DNA of 64,000 bases from Octopus sinensis (GCF_006345805.1 NC_043004.1:92876001-92940000), one strand, 5' to 3'. Positions 14,101 to 26,062 are shown, numbered from the stretch's first letter. Program-made: numbers and translations. The notes: generated from the letters alone by a model not told the origin.

Positions 14101-14449
14101 CTCATGTAAACTCAAGCTTTCTCATGCCTTGAACATAAGACCAAAGCAGAGAATGTATTCTTTTATTCTTCTGCTTTTTCCAGCCATTGGTCTGTGGCCA
14201 TGCTGGGGCAATGCCTTGAAGAATTGTAGTTTAATGAATCGACTCCAGTTTTATTTTTGTAAGCATTGTACTTATTCTATCTGTTTCCTTTGTCAAACCA
14301 CTAGGTGACAGGGATGTAAACAAACCAACATTCGTTGTCAAGCAGTGGTGGAGGACAATCACAAGCACAGACACGCACACACACACATACATGCATACAC
14401 ATATATACACATACATACATACATACATATATATGTGTGTATATATATA

Positions 14450-14708
14450 TTGCAGCGTGGAAGGTGTTTGTAAGCCATTTAAGAAACACACAAAAACCGT
14501 TACATTCACTTCAACATTTAAATTTAATTTGCCAAAATATTTTCGTCGCTTTGAGATCGCCACCTGTTCACTGACAAAAATATCGTGCTAACAGGTCGCG
14601 GTCTCAAAGCGACGAAAATATTTTGACAAATTAAATTTAAATGTTGAAGTGAATCTAACGGTTTTTGTGTGTTTCTTAAATGGCTTATAAACACCTTCAA
14701 CGCTGCAA
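14450..14708. repeat. Near-perfect palindrome, ~115-bp arms and ~21-nt loop
   Basis: TTGCAGCG...CACCTGTT / AACAGGT...CGCTGCAA with a few mismatches. Confidence 0.9.
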
Positions 14709-14785
14709 CTGTTTTCGTTCCAGCACACGATCTCAGATCAAGTCACTTGCTATGCAAGTACATCTCTGTAACTATATATATATTA

Positions 14786-14817
<32 letters not shown>

Positions 14818-14984
14818 TTGTATGTATGTATGTATATAAAGTTAATCCAAACATGAAAGCACAAAAAAACACAACAACGCGAGGACATGGAACAAATATA
14901 GTATTATTGGATGCTCAGGAAAGAAGGAGGGTTTAACATTTCAAGCAGAGCTCTTCGGCGGAAACATAGGAGAAGGAAAGATCC

Positions 14985-15015
<31 letters not shown>

Positions 15016-15025
15016 TGTATGTATG

Positions 15026-15084
<59 letters not shown>

Positions 15085-15259
15085 AAATTAGAGACAAAAC
15101 CACTATTATGCAAATCAAACAAAGAAAGACTTAAGCCAATACATAAAATAATTTATATAAATTAAAATTTAACAAATGTATAACCACTACGATCGTTTCA
15201 TGTCAGCACATCTATGAAGTTATGACTTCATAGTTTATAACTCGCTAAGAAGGTTTAGA

Positions 15260-15311
15260 AACCACCTGAAGAATGTCTAAGATGTGCTGACATGAAACGA
15301 TCGTAGTGGTT
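15260..15311 (+). ncRNA. Minimal type-I hammerhead ribozyme, copy 1
   Basis: AACCAC-CTGAAGA-ATGTC(11 nt)GACAT-GAAA-CGATCG-TA-GTGGTT: stems I and II pair perfectly, palindromic stem III, GUA site. Confidence 0.88.
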
Positions 15312-15525
15312 ATACATTTGTTAAATTTTAATTTATATAAATTATTTTATGTATTGGCTTAAGTCTTTCTTTGTTTGATTTGCATAATAGTGGTTTTGTC
15401 TCTAATTTATTATAATATAATATTTTACTATAAATTGGATTCAATCTTAAATCTGATTTTTCCTTGTAAATTTGGATTTATTCCCTAATATTTATTATTA
15501 TATATATATATATATAATGTGTGTG

Positions 15526-15605
<80 letters not shown>

Positions 15606-15780
15606 AAATTAGAGACAAAACCACTATTATGCAAATCAAACAAAGAAAGACTTAAGCCAATACATAAAATAATTTATATAAATTAAAATTTAACAAATGT
15701 ATAACCACTACGATCGTTTCATGTCAGCACATCTATGAAGTTATGACTTCATAGTTTATAACTCGCTAAGAAGGTTTAGA

Positions 15781-15832
15781 AACCACCTGAAGAATGTCTA
15801 AGATGTGCTGACATGAAACGATCGTAGTGGTT
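15781..15832 (+). ncRNA. Minimal type-I hammerhead ribozyme, copy 2
   Basis: Identical to copy 1, 521 nt downstream. Confidence 0.85.
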
Positions 15833-16044
15833 ATACATTTGTTAAATTTTAATTTATATAAATTATTTTATGTATTGGCTTAAGTCTTTCTTTGTTTGAT
15901 TTGCATAATAGTGGTTTTGTCTAATTTATTATAATATAATATTTTACTATAAATTGGATTCAATCTTAAATCTGATTTTTCCTTGTAAATTTGGATTTAT
16001 TCCCTAATATTTATTATTATATATATATATATATAATGTGTGTG

Positions 16045-16093
<49 letters not shown>

Positions 16094-16137
16094 ATATATA
16101 TATATATATAGATAGATAGATAGATAGTAGATAGGTA

Positions 16138-16552
16138 CAGGCGTGGCTGTGGGGTAAGAAGCTTGCTTCCCAACCACATGGTTCCAGGTTCAGTTCCACT
16201 GCATAGCACCTTGAGCAAGTGTCTTCTAGTACAGCCTCGAGCAAACCAAAGCCTTGTGAGTGGATTTGGTAGAGAGAAACTGAAAGACGCCTGTTGTGTA
16301 TATATATATGTGTGTGTATGTATATATTTGTGTGTGTACATGTGTGTGTCTTTGTCTGTGTTTGTCCCCACCACCATTGCTTGACAACTGATGTTGGTGT
16401 GTTTACATCCCCGTAACTTAGCAATTTGGCAAAAATGACCAATAAAATAAGAACTAGGCTTACAAAGAATAAGTCCTGGGGTTTATTTCTTTAAGGTGGT
16501 GCTCCAGCATAGCCACAGTTAAATGAATGAAACAAATGAAAGAATAAAAGAA
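16138..16552 (+). mobile_element. SINE family A copy (older)
   Basis: Diverged full-length match. Confidence 0.8.
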
Positions 16553-16833
16553 CAGACTACACACACACACACACACACATTTTTGCCATCTGAGTAGACT
16601 GGAGTTATATCAAAGGAAGTGTTTTGCTCAACAACACAACAAATTGCCTGGTCCAAGAATTGAAACCATAATCTTGAAATCATAAGTGCAACTCACTAAG
16701 CCACACACCTTCACTGTATGAATATAAGTATCTATATTTATATGTCAGCATATATAGACATATCGTCATGCACCTGTTGGAGTTTGGTGTCAAAAACTTA
16801 AGGTCTACCAAAAAGAAAAAATATTTCTCTTAC

Positions 16834-17358
16834 CGTTTCAGGAGTTTCCTTAGGGATAAAATCCAGCATTTCATGTCCAGGTTCTTCTATAGGTGTTACT
16901 TGGAATCTATTCTGTGGTTTTGCTATTTGACCTTGAGAATTTGCACCCAGCTGAGGTGGCACCTTACTCAAGTTACCTAATACGGAACTTGAGAGAGCCA
17001 TTGTTTTATTGTTATCCTGACCTTTAATGTCCAAACCACTGATTTTGATTTGCATGTCAACATCATCGTTTCCTGTCAATCTGCTGTACTCCTGATCCAA
17101 AACATCAATATTGTTAGAAACCAGAGTTGTAATAGTGTTGTCATTGCTTGATTTTGGAGAGCCAATTTTGGGTGTTTCACAAAGCTTTGTGGAAGAAACA
17201 TTATTATTAAAAGAACGAGTGGTGTTATCCCCTAATAATAAATCAGAGTTAGGTGTGGTTTCTAACAACAGCTCAGAACTTGATGAAGTGCTCCGTTCAA
17301 GTTTTGACAAACATGATTCTTGCTTTGGCAATTTAATAACGAAAAATGTAGCTGCCAT
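16834..17358 (-). CDS. 175-codon Ser/Thr/Asn-rich exon with RFQV motif; candidate N-terminal exon of an SLC12 (KCC/NKCC) transporter or another SPAK/OSR1 partner
   Basis: Longest non-repeat, non-microsatellite ORF (16798-17358). Ends in a canonical ACG|GTAAGAG donor and contains NRFQVTPIEEP. Family assignment rests on the motif alone. Confidence 0.65.
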
Positions 17359-18209
17359 TATGAGAAAATCACAGCTTAAAAAGCTAAAAACTGAGTACTG
17401 TTGTTTGTAAATATATTCTAAAAAGTCAAAACGATAGACTGGTCAAGTATCATATAATAGTGTTACAAGAAGTTGGCCTGTGTACAATTCATCTATGAAC
17501 AAACTAAAGCGTTACTAACACACTGTTACACCTTTCTACCTCTTTCATTTTCTCTCTTCCATTGTTCTGCCCCACCTCTCTGTCTTTCTCTCTCATCCAT
17601 TCTGTCCTGCCCACTCTCTCTCACTCTCTTATTCATTCTGTTCCACCCACTTTCTCTCTCATTTATTCTGTCCCACCCACTTACTCATCCACTTTATCTC
17701 ACCTACTTGATCACACATATACATTCTCTCTTTCTCTTTTATATTGGTTTTACATAGAATGAATTCAATATGTGTCCTACCAGACATGCTCAGAGAGTGA
17801 TACTAAAACAACCAATGGAGTGAGAGTGAGTGGTGGTCAGAGGTGTTAAAAGTAGGTGAACTGTTAAGAGCTCTGGAGTCACCAGTCTTTTAACTTGAAT
17901 GTAAAATATTTTTCGTAAACTATATCAGCTTTACATACATAGACACCACACACAGACACATTTAACCTGACATACAATAAAATGCATTGCGTTTCTTGTG
18001 GGTCATGCCCATAGAGGGAAAATAAAGGACAAAGGTAATGAGAGAGAGAAGGTGCAAGGAGAAGTATAAAAAAAAAAGAGAGTGAATGAGTGAGTGAGTG
18101 AGCAGCATATCAACAACTGGAGCAGAAAGTTATTATGATAACAATAAAACTGCAAGTTTTTGTCATTTACAAACAAAATAAAAAAAAAATGTATATGATA
18201 ACAAGTCCT

Positions 18210-18612
18210 CCTATATGATAACAAGTCCTCGCAAGTAACCGAACCATCCAATCGTGGCCGTTGCCAGCGCCGCCCCGACTGGCCTCTGTGTCGGTGGCAC
18301 GTAAAAAGTACCATCCGTTCGTGGCCGTTGCCAGCCTCGCCTGGCCCCCGTGCAGGTGGCACATAAACAGCACCATCCGTCCGTGGCCGTTTGCCAGCTC
18401 TGTCTGGCACCTGTGTGGGTGGCACGTAAAAAGCACCCACTACACTCACGGAGTGGTTGGCGTTAGGAAGTGCATCCAGCCGTAGTAACACTGCCAGATC
18501 AGACTGGGCCTGGTGCAGCCTTCTGGCTTCACAGACCCCAGTTGAACCATCCAACCCATGCTACCATGGAAAGCGGACGCTAAACGATGATGATGATGAT
18601 GATGATGATGAT
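18210..18612 (+). mobile_element. Truncated RTE 3' UTR copy
   Basis: Matches the family through the CCATGCTA.CATGG hairpin and (ATG)n tail. Confidence 0.85.
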
Positions 18613-18689
18613 GAATTTGTTTTGCAAAATTCCTGATGTGGAATTGTGTGTTGAAACAGGTATTGCGATGGTCATTTTTTTCTTGTTAA

Positions 18690-18882
18690 ATAAGTATATG
18701 CACTATATATTCATTCTTCACTTGTTTATTGTTCTTATTCTATGTCCATTGTCTGAAATCTTTTGTCACACACCTGTGACCTCATCAGCAACTCTCCATC
18801 CCACATGTCTCCTCCTGTTCTGTTTAGCTCATTTTCTCTTCCTATGGTGTATATCCTTAGCTGCACATTCATTTGCTCTATA

Positions 18883-18919
<37 letters not shown>

Positions 18920-20840
18920 ATATGTATGTACATGTTTCTATGTCTTTTGTATGTACTCTCAATATATGGATGATTTGAACATAGTGGCTAAAGCACCCCC
19001 ACAAGACAGTGTCTCTGAACTATAAGCTAGCACTATGGAGAGCATCCACCAAATAGCTAACTCCATTAAGGTAACAGCAGATTATGTTAGCAAGCAACCT
19101 AACTACAGGCTTCTGATCTTAGACACGAAACTCTGGCAGGAAGCTAAGAATGATAAGGTCCAGATCCTTCATTCCCTCTATGCCAAAGCCATGGCCTCTA
19201 AATACCTGGCTCACAAGAACACAACTATTGCAGACAATGCCAAGTTCAATATCCTAAGAGCAGACTTGGTAAGAGTGATGAGAAATGTGTCCTGTCATGT
19301 AACCCAACAGAATTGGAAAGACACATACAACACTTCAACCACTGCATGCAGTTCTCTGGCTGCAGCCAAATGGACAGCATTAAAGTGAACAAAGGAGCCT
19401 GGGTTAAGTACAATGTCATTTTAGAGAATGATGCAAATGGAATCTGTTTGCTATACAGCAGTAAATGCTCTGGAACAGCATAGAAAGAACCAAAAGGAAG
19501 ATAGGTAAAGCCTACTCATGGTATGACAACCAAAAATACCAGAGTGTCATGTTCGTTGATGTTATCCCTGGTGGCAAACTAGTGTGTCTTTTTAGGAAAG
19601 CACTAGATAGAGTAAATCTATGGATTAAAGTAGCAGAAAGGTCAGGAACTCCCATAAAATCCTTGATCTGTAAAACATAACCATTCAATAGGTCCCCATG
19701 TACAGAGAATAACTGTATAGTATGTAGGATGAACCCACAAATTAACTGTAAGATTAGGAATGTAGTCTATAGAACATTCCTTCTATGTAGTTATAGAAGG
19801 ACGGTGTTCGTATTTATTGCCATTGTAGTAGTAGGATTCATAGAAGTTTTGTGGGAATATTGAATTCACAAGCGGTCCCTGACATCCTGCATGCATATCC
19901 CAAGTAGTGGGATGCCCTGTTTGCCGTGGAGTCTCCACAGACGCAGGGACAGAACAACCTCGAAGCCGCCAGTTGCTGATCAGACGCCTCTTGGAATTTT
20001 CACTAGAACCCCGTTGGCAAGGCTGCGGCCCTAATACCGTTCGGTGCTAGACCAATCCGCCTTGGGTGGCCCTACCAGGAACCGAAGTTCCCGACGGCAT
20101 AGCTCTGACACTGCCCGTTTACACCACCCTACTGCTTTGAGGAGGGGTTGGACTTTAGAGTAGCCGGCTCAACCCACCCTGGGTGAATGCCATCACAAGT
20201 ACAAGTAAATATAGAAGGACGGTGCAGAACAAGACAACTTACAATGGGGAGAGGGCATGTAGCAAGCAAACAGCAAAATATATAAACCTATACACACATA
20301 CTTAAGATGACAAGGAGAAAAAAGAGAGAGAGATTAATAAGAACATAAATAAATGAATAAAAGATATGGATGCAAACAGTATAGTGAGCAAACCCATATG
20401 CATACATTGCCAGTGGCACGTAAAAACCACCCGCTACTCTCACAGAGTGGTTGGCATTAGGAAGGGCATCCAGCTGTAGAAACACTGCCAGATCAGACTG
20501 GAGCCTGGTGCAGCCTCCTGGCTTCCCAGACCCCAGTCGAACCGTCCAACCCATGCTAACATGGAAAGCGGACATTAAATGATGATGATGATGATACACA
20601 TACAAAAGACATAGTGATGCGTACGTGCACATATGCATGCACAAACACACAGATACAGACACAAATGCATGTGCAAGGGTATACACCATAGATAGACAGA
20701 ATGGATTGACCAGAACAGGAAACACTTGTGATGGAGAGTCACTGAAGAGGTCACAAGTGTGTGACTAAGATTTCAGACAATGGACATAGAATAAGAACAA
20801 TAGACAAGTGAAGAATATATTGTGCACATACATTTATGCA
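18690..20840 (+). mobile_element. Penelope-like element: RT thumb and endonuclease remnants between ~270-bp inverted ends, with two nested insertions
   Basis: ORF 19035-19388 (IANSIKVTADY...LLILD...LYAKAMASK) and 19465-19680 (VAERSGTPIKSL) resemble PLE proteins. 18690-18960 is the reverse complement of about 20590-20840. Confidence 0.75.
19807..20209 (+). mobile_element. 403-bp non-coding retroposed insert with 15-bp target-site duplication
   Basis: TATAGAAGGACGGTG at 19792-19806 and 20210-20224; insert ends in (ACAAGT)2AAA. Confidence 0.8.
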
Positions 20841-22119
20841 GACACACAAACACACACACACACACCTACACATGCAAACACAACACATTTTACCCTTTAA
20901 AACATCAAATTTGTTATTCACTGATGCAACTCAACCTACATATTTCTTGGTTAACTCTAGTTCATTTCTCATCAATGTTTACAAAAGCCATTAATATATA
21001 TATATTACTGGTATCAGTCATTCCACTTTGATTATGCTAGAGTTTTGTCTTCAACTGTTTCAGACTGAGTTATTTTATTGATCTCTGTTTATTGAAAGGT
21101 TAGGTTATTGTTTTTGGACAAAAAGAGGACATAACTTGACATAGCAATTTACACTGGTAGACATAATCACAGTATATATAAACCCACAATTGGTCAGTTA
21201 AAGTTTAGACAGTGTTACATGACAACTTGCTGGGGCTGCTTGCTGGAGCCTAGCAGCAGGTATTTAAAGGGAAATTTGACAAGACAGTCAGTCGCCCGCT
21301 GACACTCGTTGATGCTACATCGAAGAGGCCAGGGAACAGAAGAAAAAAGGAGAAAGAAGGAGAAAGAAGACATGCACTCAACACCAGAGCTGAAGACACC
21401 TCCGAAAGGATGGGGCCCCGTCAGTCAAAATGGTAGAGGAGTAGGGGCCAAAACCGGATATGGTTCGTCCTGATGATGTCTAGAGCTAACTGGATCCTAT
21501 AAAGGAGCTGTTGTGGTAGCAGACCACGAAACATGGTTGAAATTCCGACAATAGGCTTCAATACTAATAAGGCATTGGTCAATCCAGTGCAGACAGGTGA
21601 CACTTGTGCAATGTGCTGCACAGTAGGAGCAAATTCATCACCAGGTAATTGTAAAGTAAACTTCTTAACCAGACTGCAATGCCTGCATATATAATACATT
21701 TGTGAATCAATTCAACATTGGACTGATCGGTTGTAATGACTGGTACCAGTTAACATAAATACCCTTATACCCCATCACCTACTCATATTCACAGTTTTCA
21801 TTTCATCATAATAAACTAACAACGAAATGTTGCTTGTAAATTGCACTTCTCACATTTGAAGGATGTGGGAAATGCTAATAAAATAACATTCCAAAATAAA
21901 ATGAATTTTTGTTTTTATTCCAAAAAGCCTGTTATTTCTCTTCTTCACAAAGAAATTCACATTTTATCTTTACTCTTTGTTGTTATTGATGTTTAATGCC
22001 AGGGTCAGCCTTGATCTACAAGGCTTTCTATGTACATATATATGTGTGTGTGCATATATATATTATATATAATATATAATACATATGCATATATGTGTGT
22101 ATGTATATATATATATGGC

Positions 22120-23130
22120 AAAAATTTAGATTCGAATGAAAACGTAATTTATAAATACACGATAATAACTTCTAACAATAGCTTTCTTTATTTCGGATGT
22201 TCGGTGGATCTTAAAAGACGTCTTAAGAATCATTTTTCCTCTTTTAGACTCAAACATAAGGCAGGTTGCACAACACAATCTAGCAAAATTTGGGAACTAA
22301 AAACAAAAAATATAGTATTCAACCTAAAATGGGATATAGTTAGAAGGGCAAAACCTTATAGAAATAGTAGGGAAGGTTGTCAACTTTGTTCTATGGAAAC
22401 TTATGAAATTTTAAAACATCAGAGTAATATAAATCTGCTGAATAATCGTCTGGAGTTGGGAGAATCTTGTATACATTCCACAACCCAAACATTTAAATAA
22501 TTTATATAAAAATTGTGAGTATTCCTATATTTTTAAACTTTTAACTTTTTATAATAATAATAAGAAATATACTATACTAGCTTTCAATTTAACTTTCATA
22601 GGTGACTAAAAAAATTTCACTGCAAACTTGAAATTGGAATTTCTTCTAAATCTAATCTAGCTTTAAAATTAATAAGGCTTTCCCCCAGTTATAAAATACT
22701 ATGCCTACTCATAATAATAAGTGATAGGTTTTTTTCCCTTTTTTTCTCTAATTTACACTCTCTGTAAATGGGATTAATGACCATTTGACATTGACCAAGT
22801 TTCTCTCACCAAATAGTAGTAATTGGCATTTTGTTACTTCTAACCTTATAGCAGTTAGGTACAGCCATAGCTTGGTCAGTCACTGGTTGGACTTCACTAC
22901 CTCATATGTTCTTAAAATTTAAATCTACATCTTTGTCTGTATATCTACCTTCTCTATAATGTTGCCACTTGATTTGAAAACTTTTGTATTAATGGAAAAC
23001 CTCTATAATTGGCTGATGAGTACTCTGCATCTTAAATCTGTTGTAATACTTACAACATTTAATAAAATGATGTAGTGCGAAACAATTGTACCAAATTACC
23101 AGAGTCATTCTTGTTGTTTATTTTGAGTAT
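22120..23130 (+). mobile_element. Penelope-like element 3' end: GIY-YIG endonuclease plus 3' region with hammerhead
   Basis: ORF 22030-22500: VIYKY...LYFGC...LKRRLKNHFSSF...SKIWELK...LKWDIVRRAKPY...CQLC..E...LLNNRLEL..CIH, the typical PLE GIY-YIG layout. Confidence 0.88.
23009..23094 (+). ncRNA. Type-I hammerhead ribozyme in PLE 3' region
   Basis: TTGG-CTGATGA-GTACT...AGTGC-GAAA-CAATTG-TA-CCAA, about 510 nt downstream of the GIY-YIG ORF stop. Confidence 0.85.
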
Positions 23131-23160
23131 ATATATATATATACATGTATTCATGTATAT

Positions 23161-23940
23161 GTGGAGGTACAATGGCCCAGTAGTTAGGGCAGTGGACTCG
23201 CAGTTGTAGGATCATGGTTTTGATTTCCAGACAAGGCGTTGTGAGTGTTTATTGAGCAAAATCACCTAAAGCGCCACGAGGCTCCGGCAGGGATGGTGGC
23301 AATCACTGCTGTACTTTTTCGCCACAACTTTCTCTCACTCTTTTTTCTGTTGGCCAGCTCACTTAGCCAGCGGGGTGGCGTCATTTGAAGGCTAAAACAA
23401 TGCGAAGCACGTTGTGACCAGCGATGTGTAACAAAATCTGATAGCCTGGTCGGTCACGGTCATTACGGTGATATATATATATAAAAATAGTAATGCAATA
23501 CTAGAGTATTGCTTTCCAGTTCGCTATACATTAGCGTCGTATTTATTACGTTCGCTATTTTCCAGTAAATACCAGTACTTCGTTGTGCCATATATTTACT
23601 TCTATATATATACATATATATGTAAATATATATATGTGGAAGTGCAATGGCCCAGTGGTTAGGGCAGCGGACTCGCGGTCGTAGGATCGTGGTTTCGATT
23701 CCCAGACCGGGTGTTGTGAGTGCTTATTGAGCAAAAACACCTAAAGCTCCACGAGGCTCCGGCAGGGGGTGGTGGCGATCACTGCTGTACTTTTTCGCCA
23801 CAACTTTCTCTCGCTCTTTCTTCTGTTGGCCAGCTCACTTAGCCAGCGGGGTGGCGTCATTTGAAGGCTAAAACAATGTGAAACGCATTGTGACCAGCGA
23901 TGTGTAACAAAATCTGATAGCCTGGTCGGTCACGGTGATA
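23161..23940 (+). mobile_element. Two tandem copies of tRNA-derived SINE family B (23161-23473, 23636-23940)
   Basis: tRNA-like head GGCCCAGTGGTTAGGGCAGCGGACTCGCGGTC...GGTTTCGATTCCC; resembles octopus OR-type SINEs (from memory). Confidence 0.8.
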
Positions 23941-25671
23941 TATACATATATATTTTATAACAAAATTTTATATCTTGGACGTAGAGTTACCCAAGGTTTT
24001 GTAAGCACAAAGCTAAAACCTTCAGGACAGCTTATCAGACTCTATATAAAAGAGCAAAAATTTTTTAATTTCTACATCACAGAATTAAGGAAACACTTGG
24101 ATGAGAAATACATCTTGATTAAAAACCGGTAATTTCCCCTGAACCAGAGATAAAAAACAACTCTTATAGACCCAAGAAGGCCTAACTAACAAATGGGGAG
24201 ATCCAATTTTCCAGTAAGTAGTGGACACGTTTAGAAAACACTTCTTTCCGACTATTTAACATGCCAGGTTTTTGTACAGTCCTTAAGAATTTAGGATCTC
24301 TCTGCAATGCAGATCTTGCAACAACCACTTCCTTTAATATATGGGCCCAGATGATCAATTAATTTTCACATGATGTCACATGGAGTCCCTTGACCTTTGA
24401 AGTGACGCACATGGTGGGCCATCTTTCTGGGACTCTGAAGGATGACTGGGGGTCAAGAAAATGTCGCTTGAAGGAAGTACTCGCAGATCCAATATATTTA
24501 CAGTCATGGCCGATGCCAGACGCCCCTGGCACCTGTGCAGGTGGCATGTAAAAAGCACCCACTACACTCGCGGAGTGGTTGGCATTAGGAAGGGCATCCA
24601 GCTGTAGAAACACTGCCAGATCAGACTGGAGCCTGGTGCAGCCCTGGCTTCCCAGACCCCAGTCGAACTGTCCAACCCGTGCTAGCGCGGAAAACGGACG
24701 TTAAACGATGATGATGGGCTGTGGCCCTAATCGCACCCCTGGTAACATATGGTTTGGGGCTGGTCATCCCATTGGTGTCAAAAATAAGTAGTTGGTCATC
24801 ATCCATGGTGGTGATAGTACTGGGAACAGCAAATACTTCCTCCTCCATGTTGTTGGTCCTGGATTGGTCATCATTTCTAGATGCAGTGATTATACTGGTG
24901 GTAACATACATTGCAAGCCTGGTCATTTTATCTGTGTCTATGTTCATTATCTGCGGTGGTGGTATAGGGCTCAATGGTGACGCGCTCTGTGATGCTGGTC
25001 CCGGACTGGTTATTATCTCTGGGTGTAGCAATTGTATTGGTGTGAGTCTGGTTAATCTGCTGTTGGATGCTACAATACTGTTACTGCTGATAGCAGGTCT
25101 AGGTATCACATGAGCCTCATAGATTACTCCTTCAACATTTTATCCGCCTCCTACTGGACAATTATTATATACCCTGAAAGAGCAACCTGCCTCCTCCCCT
25201 GTACTCTAGGTACTTGTTAAAATGTTTTCATGTTAGGTGCACAACTAAAGGAGACTCTTAGGTTGTGTCTGTTAAATAAATGCCTGTATGTTTGTGTATC
25301 AATCTAAGGAAAATCTTGACATTGAGCAAGAATGGCAGAGCAAACCAAATGACATTTTTTCAATGCCTCCTCGTCCAGGTGCTAGGGCCAGGCATGTGGG
25401 AGATACAGTCCTTAAATCCACTCAATGCCAGTGCATCATTGAAGTAGGGGGCAGCAGCATCAAAGATATCTTGTCTCAAGGATAGATTCAAGATCCTCTT
25501 GCTTACACCTTTCACAAGGTTCTTAAAAACAGTAGGGTGGTGACAAGAGAATTGTTTTTTTTTTACCTCTGGCTCAGGGGAAATAACCCGTCCTCATTAC
25601 CCTTTTTTCTTTTGTTAAGATGTATTTCTTCACATCCGCAATGTAGAAATTTTTAAAAATTTGTCTTTTTA

Positions 25672-25734
25672 TATAGTCTGACGAGCTGTCCACAAGGCTT
25701 TGGCTTTATGGATGTGAAACTTTGGGTAACTCTA
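25672..25734 (+). ncRNA. Type-I hammerhead motif with partly degenerate stems
   Basis: TAGT-CTGACGA-GC..GTCCA...TGGAT.GT-GAAA-C(TTTGG)G-TA-ACT. The related copy at 23982-24044 (-) shows a perfect TAGAGT/ACTCTA stem I. Confidence 0.6.
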
Positions 25735-25997
25735 TGCTATGGTCAAGATATAAAATTTTGTTGTAACAATTACTGTTCTTTTCTTTAAAGTGTGCTTTCT
25801 GATTTATGTTTTTTTATAAACTATATATATATATATAAGTAAAACGTTTATAATTATGAACAAGTTATAATTATAACTAAGAGGCATTTGAATTCAAAAC
25901 TTGATTGTGTAGATAGAGGTGAAAACATTTCTATTGCTGGTCAGGATTCATGCTAGCCCCAAAGTAAAGTCTTGTTTTGATTTCTATCTATAGGAAT

Positions 25998-26062
25998 ATT
26001 TCCCCTGACGAGGCAAATGGGTCCCTTAAGTGGTCCCTAATGCCGAAATTGCAATAAGAAAT
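25998..26062 (+). ncRNA. Type-I hammerhead motif, stem I imperfect
   Basis: CTGACGA (26005)-GGCA...TGCC-GAAA-TTGCAA-TA-AGAAAT; stem I needs a bulge or mismatch. Confidence 0.6.

Larger units (their letters stand above)
15077..16120. repeat. Tandem duplication of a 521-bp unit, each containing a 137-bp-arm inverted repeat
   Basis: Arms at 15077-15213 and 15280-15416; the unit repeats from about 15600. Confidence 0.92.

Noticed and set aside
21421-21699. Minus-strand 92-aa ORF vaguely like a retroviral integrase start; also a CTGATGA...GAAAC at 21470-21532 on +
   Set aside because: No HHCC or DDE spacing in the ORF. The hammerhead-like string has poor stems I and II, so it is counted only as a decayed relic.
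23161-23240. tRNA-like sequences at SINE heads (also 4530, 23636, 27760-27834, 48104)
   Set aside because: No complete cloverleaf, and each continues into a SINE body; not called as tRNA genes.
24621-25113. Overlapping 162-aa (-) and 130-aa (+) ORFs
   Set aside because: Low-complexity, run into an RTE tail and lie between PLE remnants; probably TE-derived with no gene evidence.
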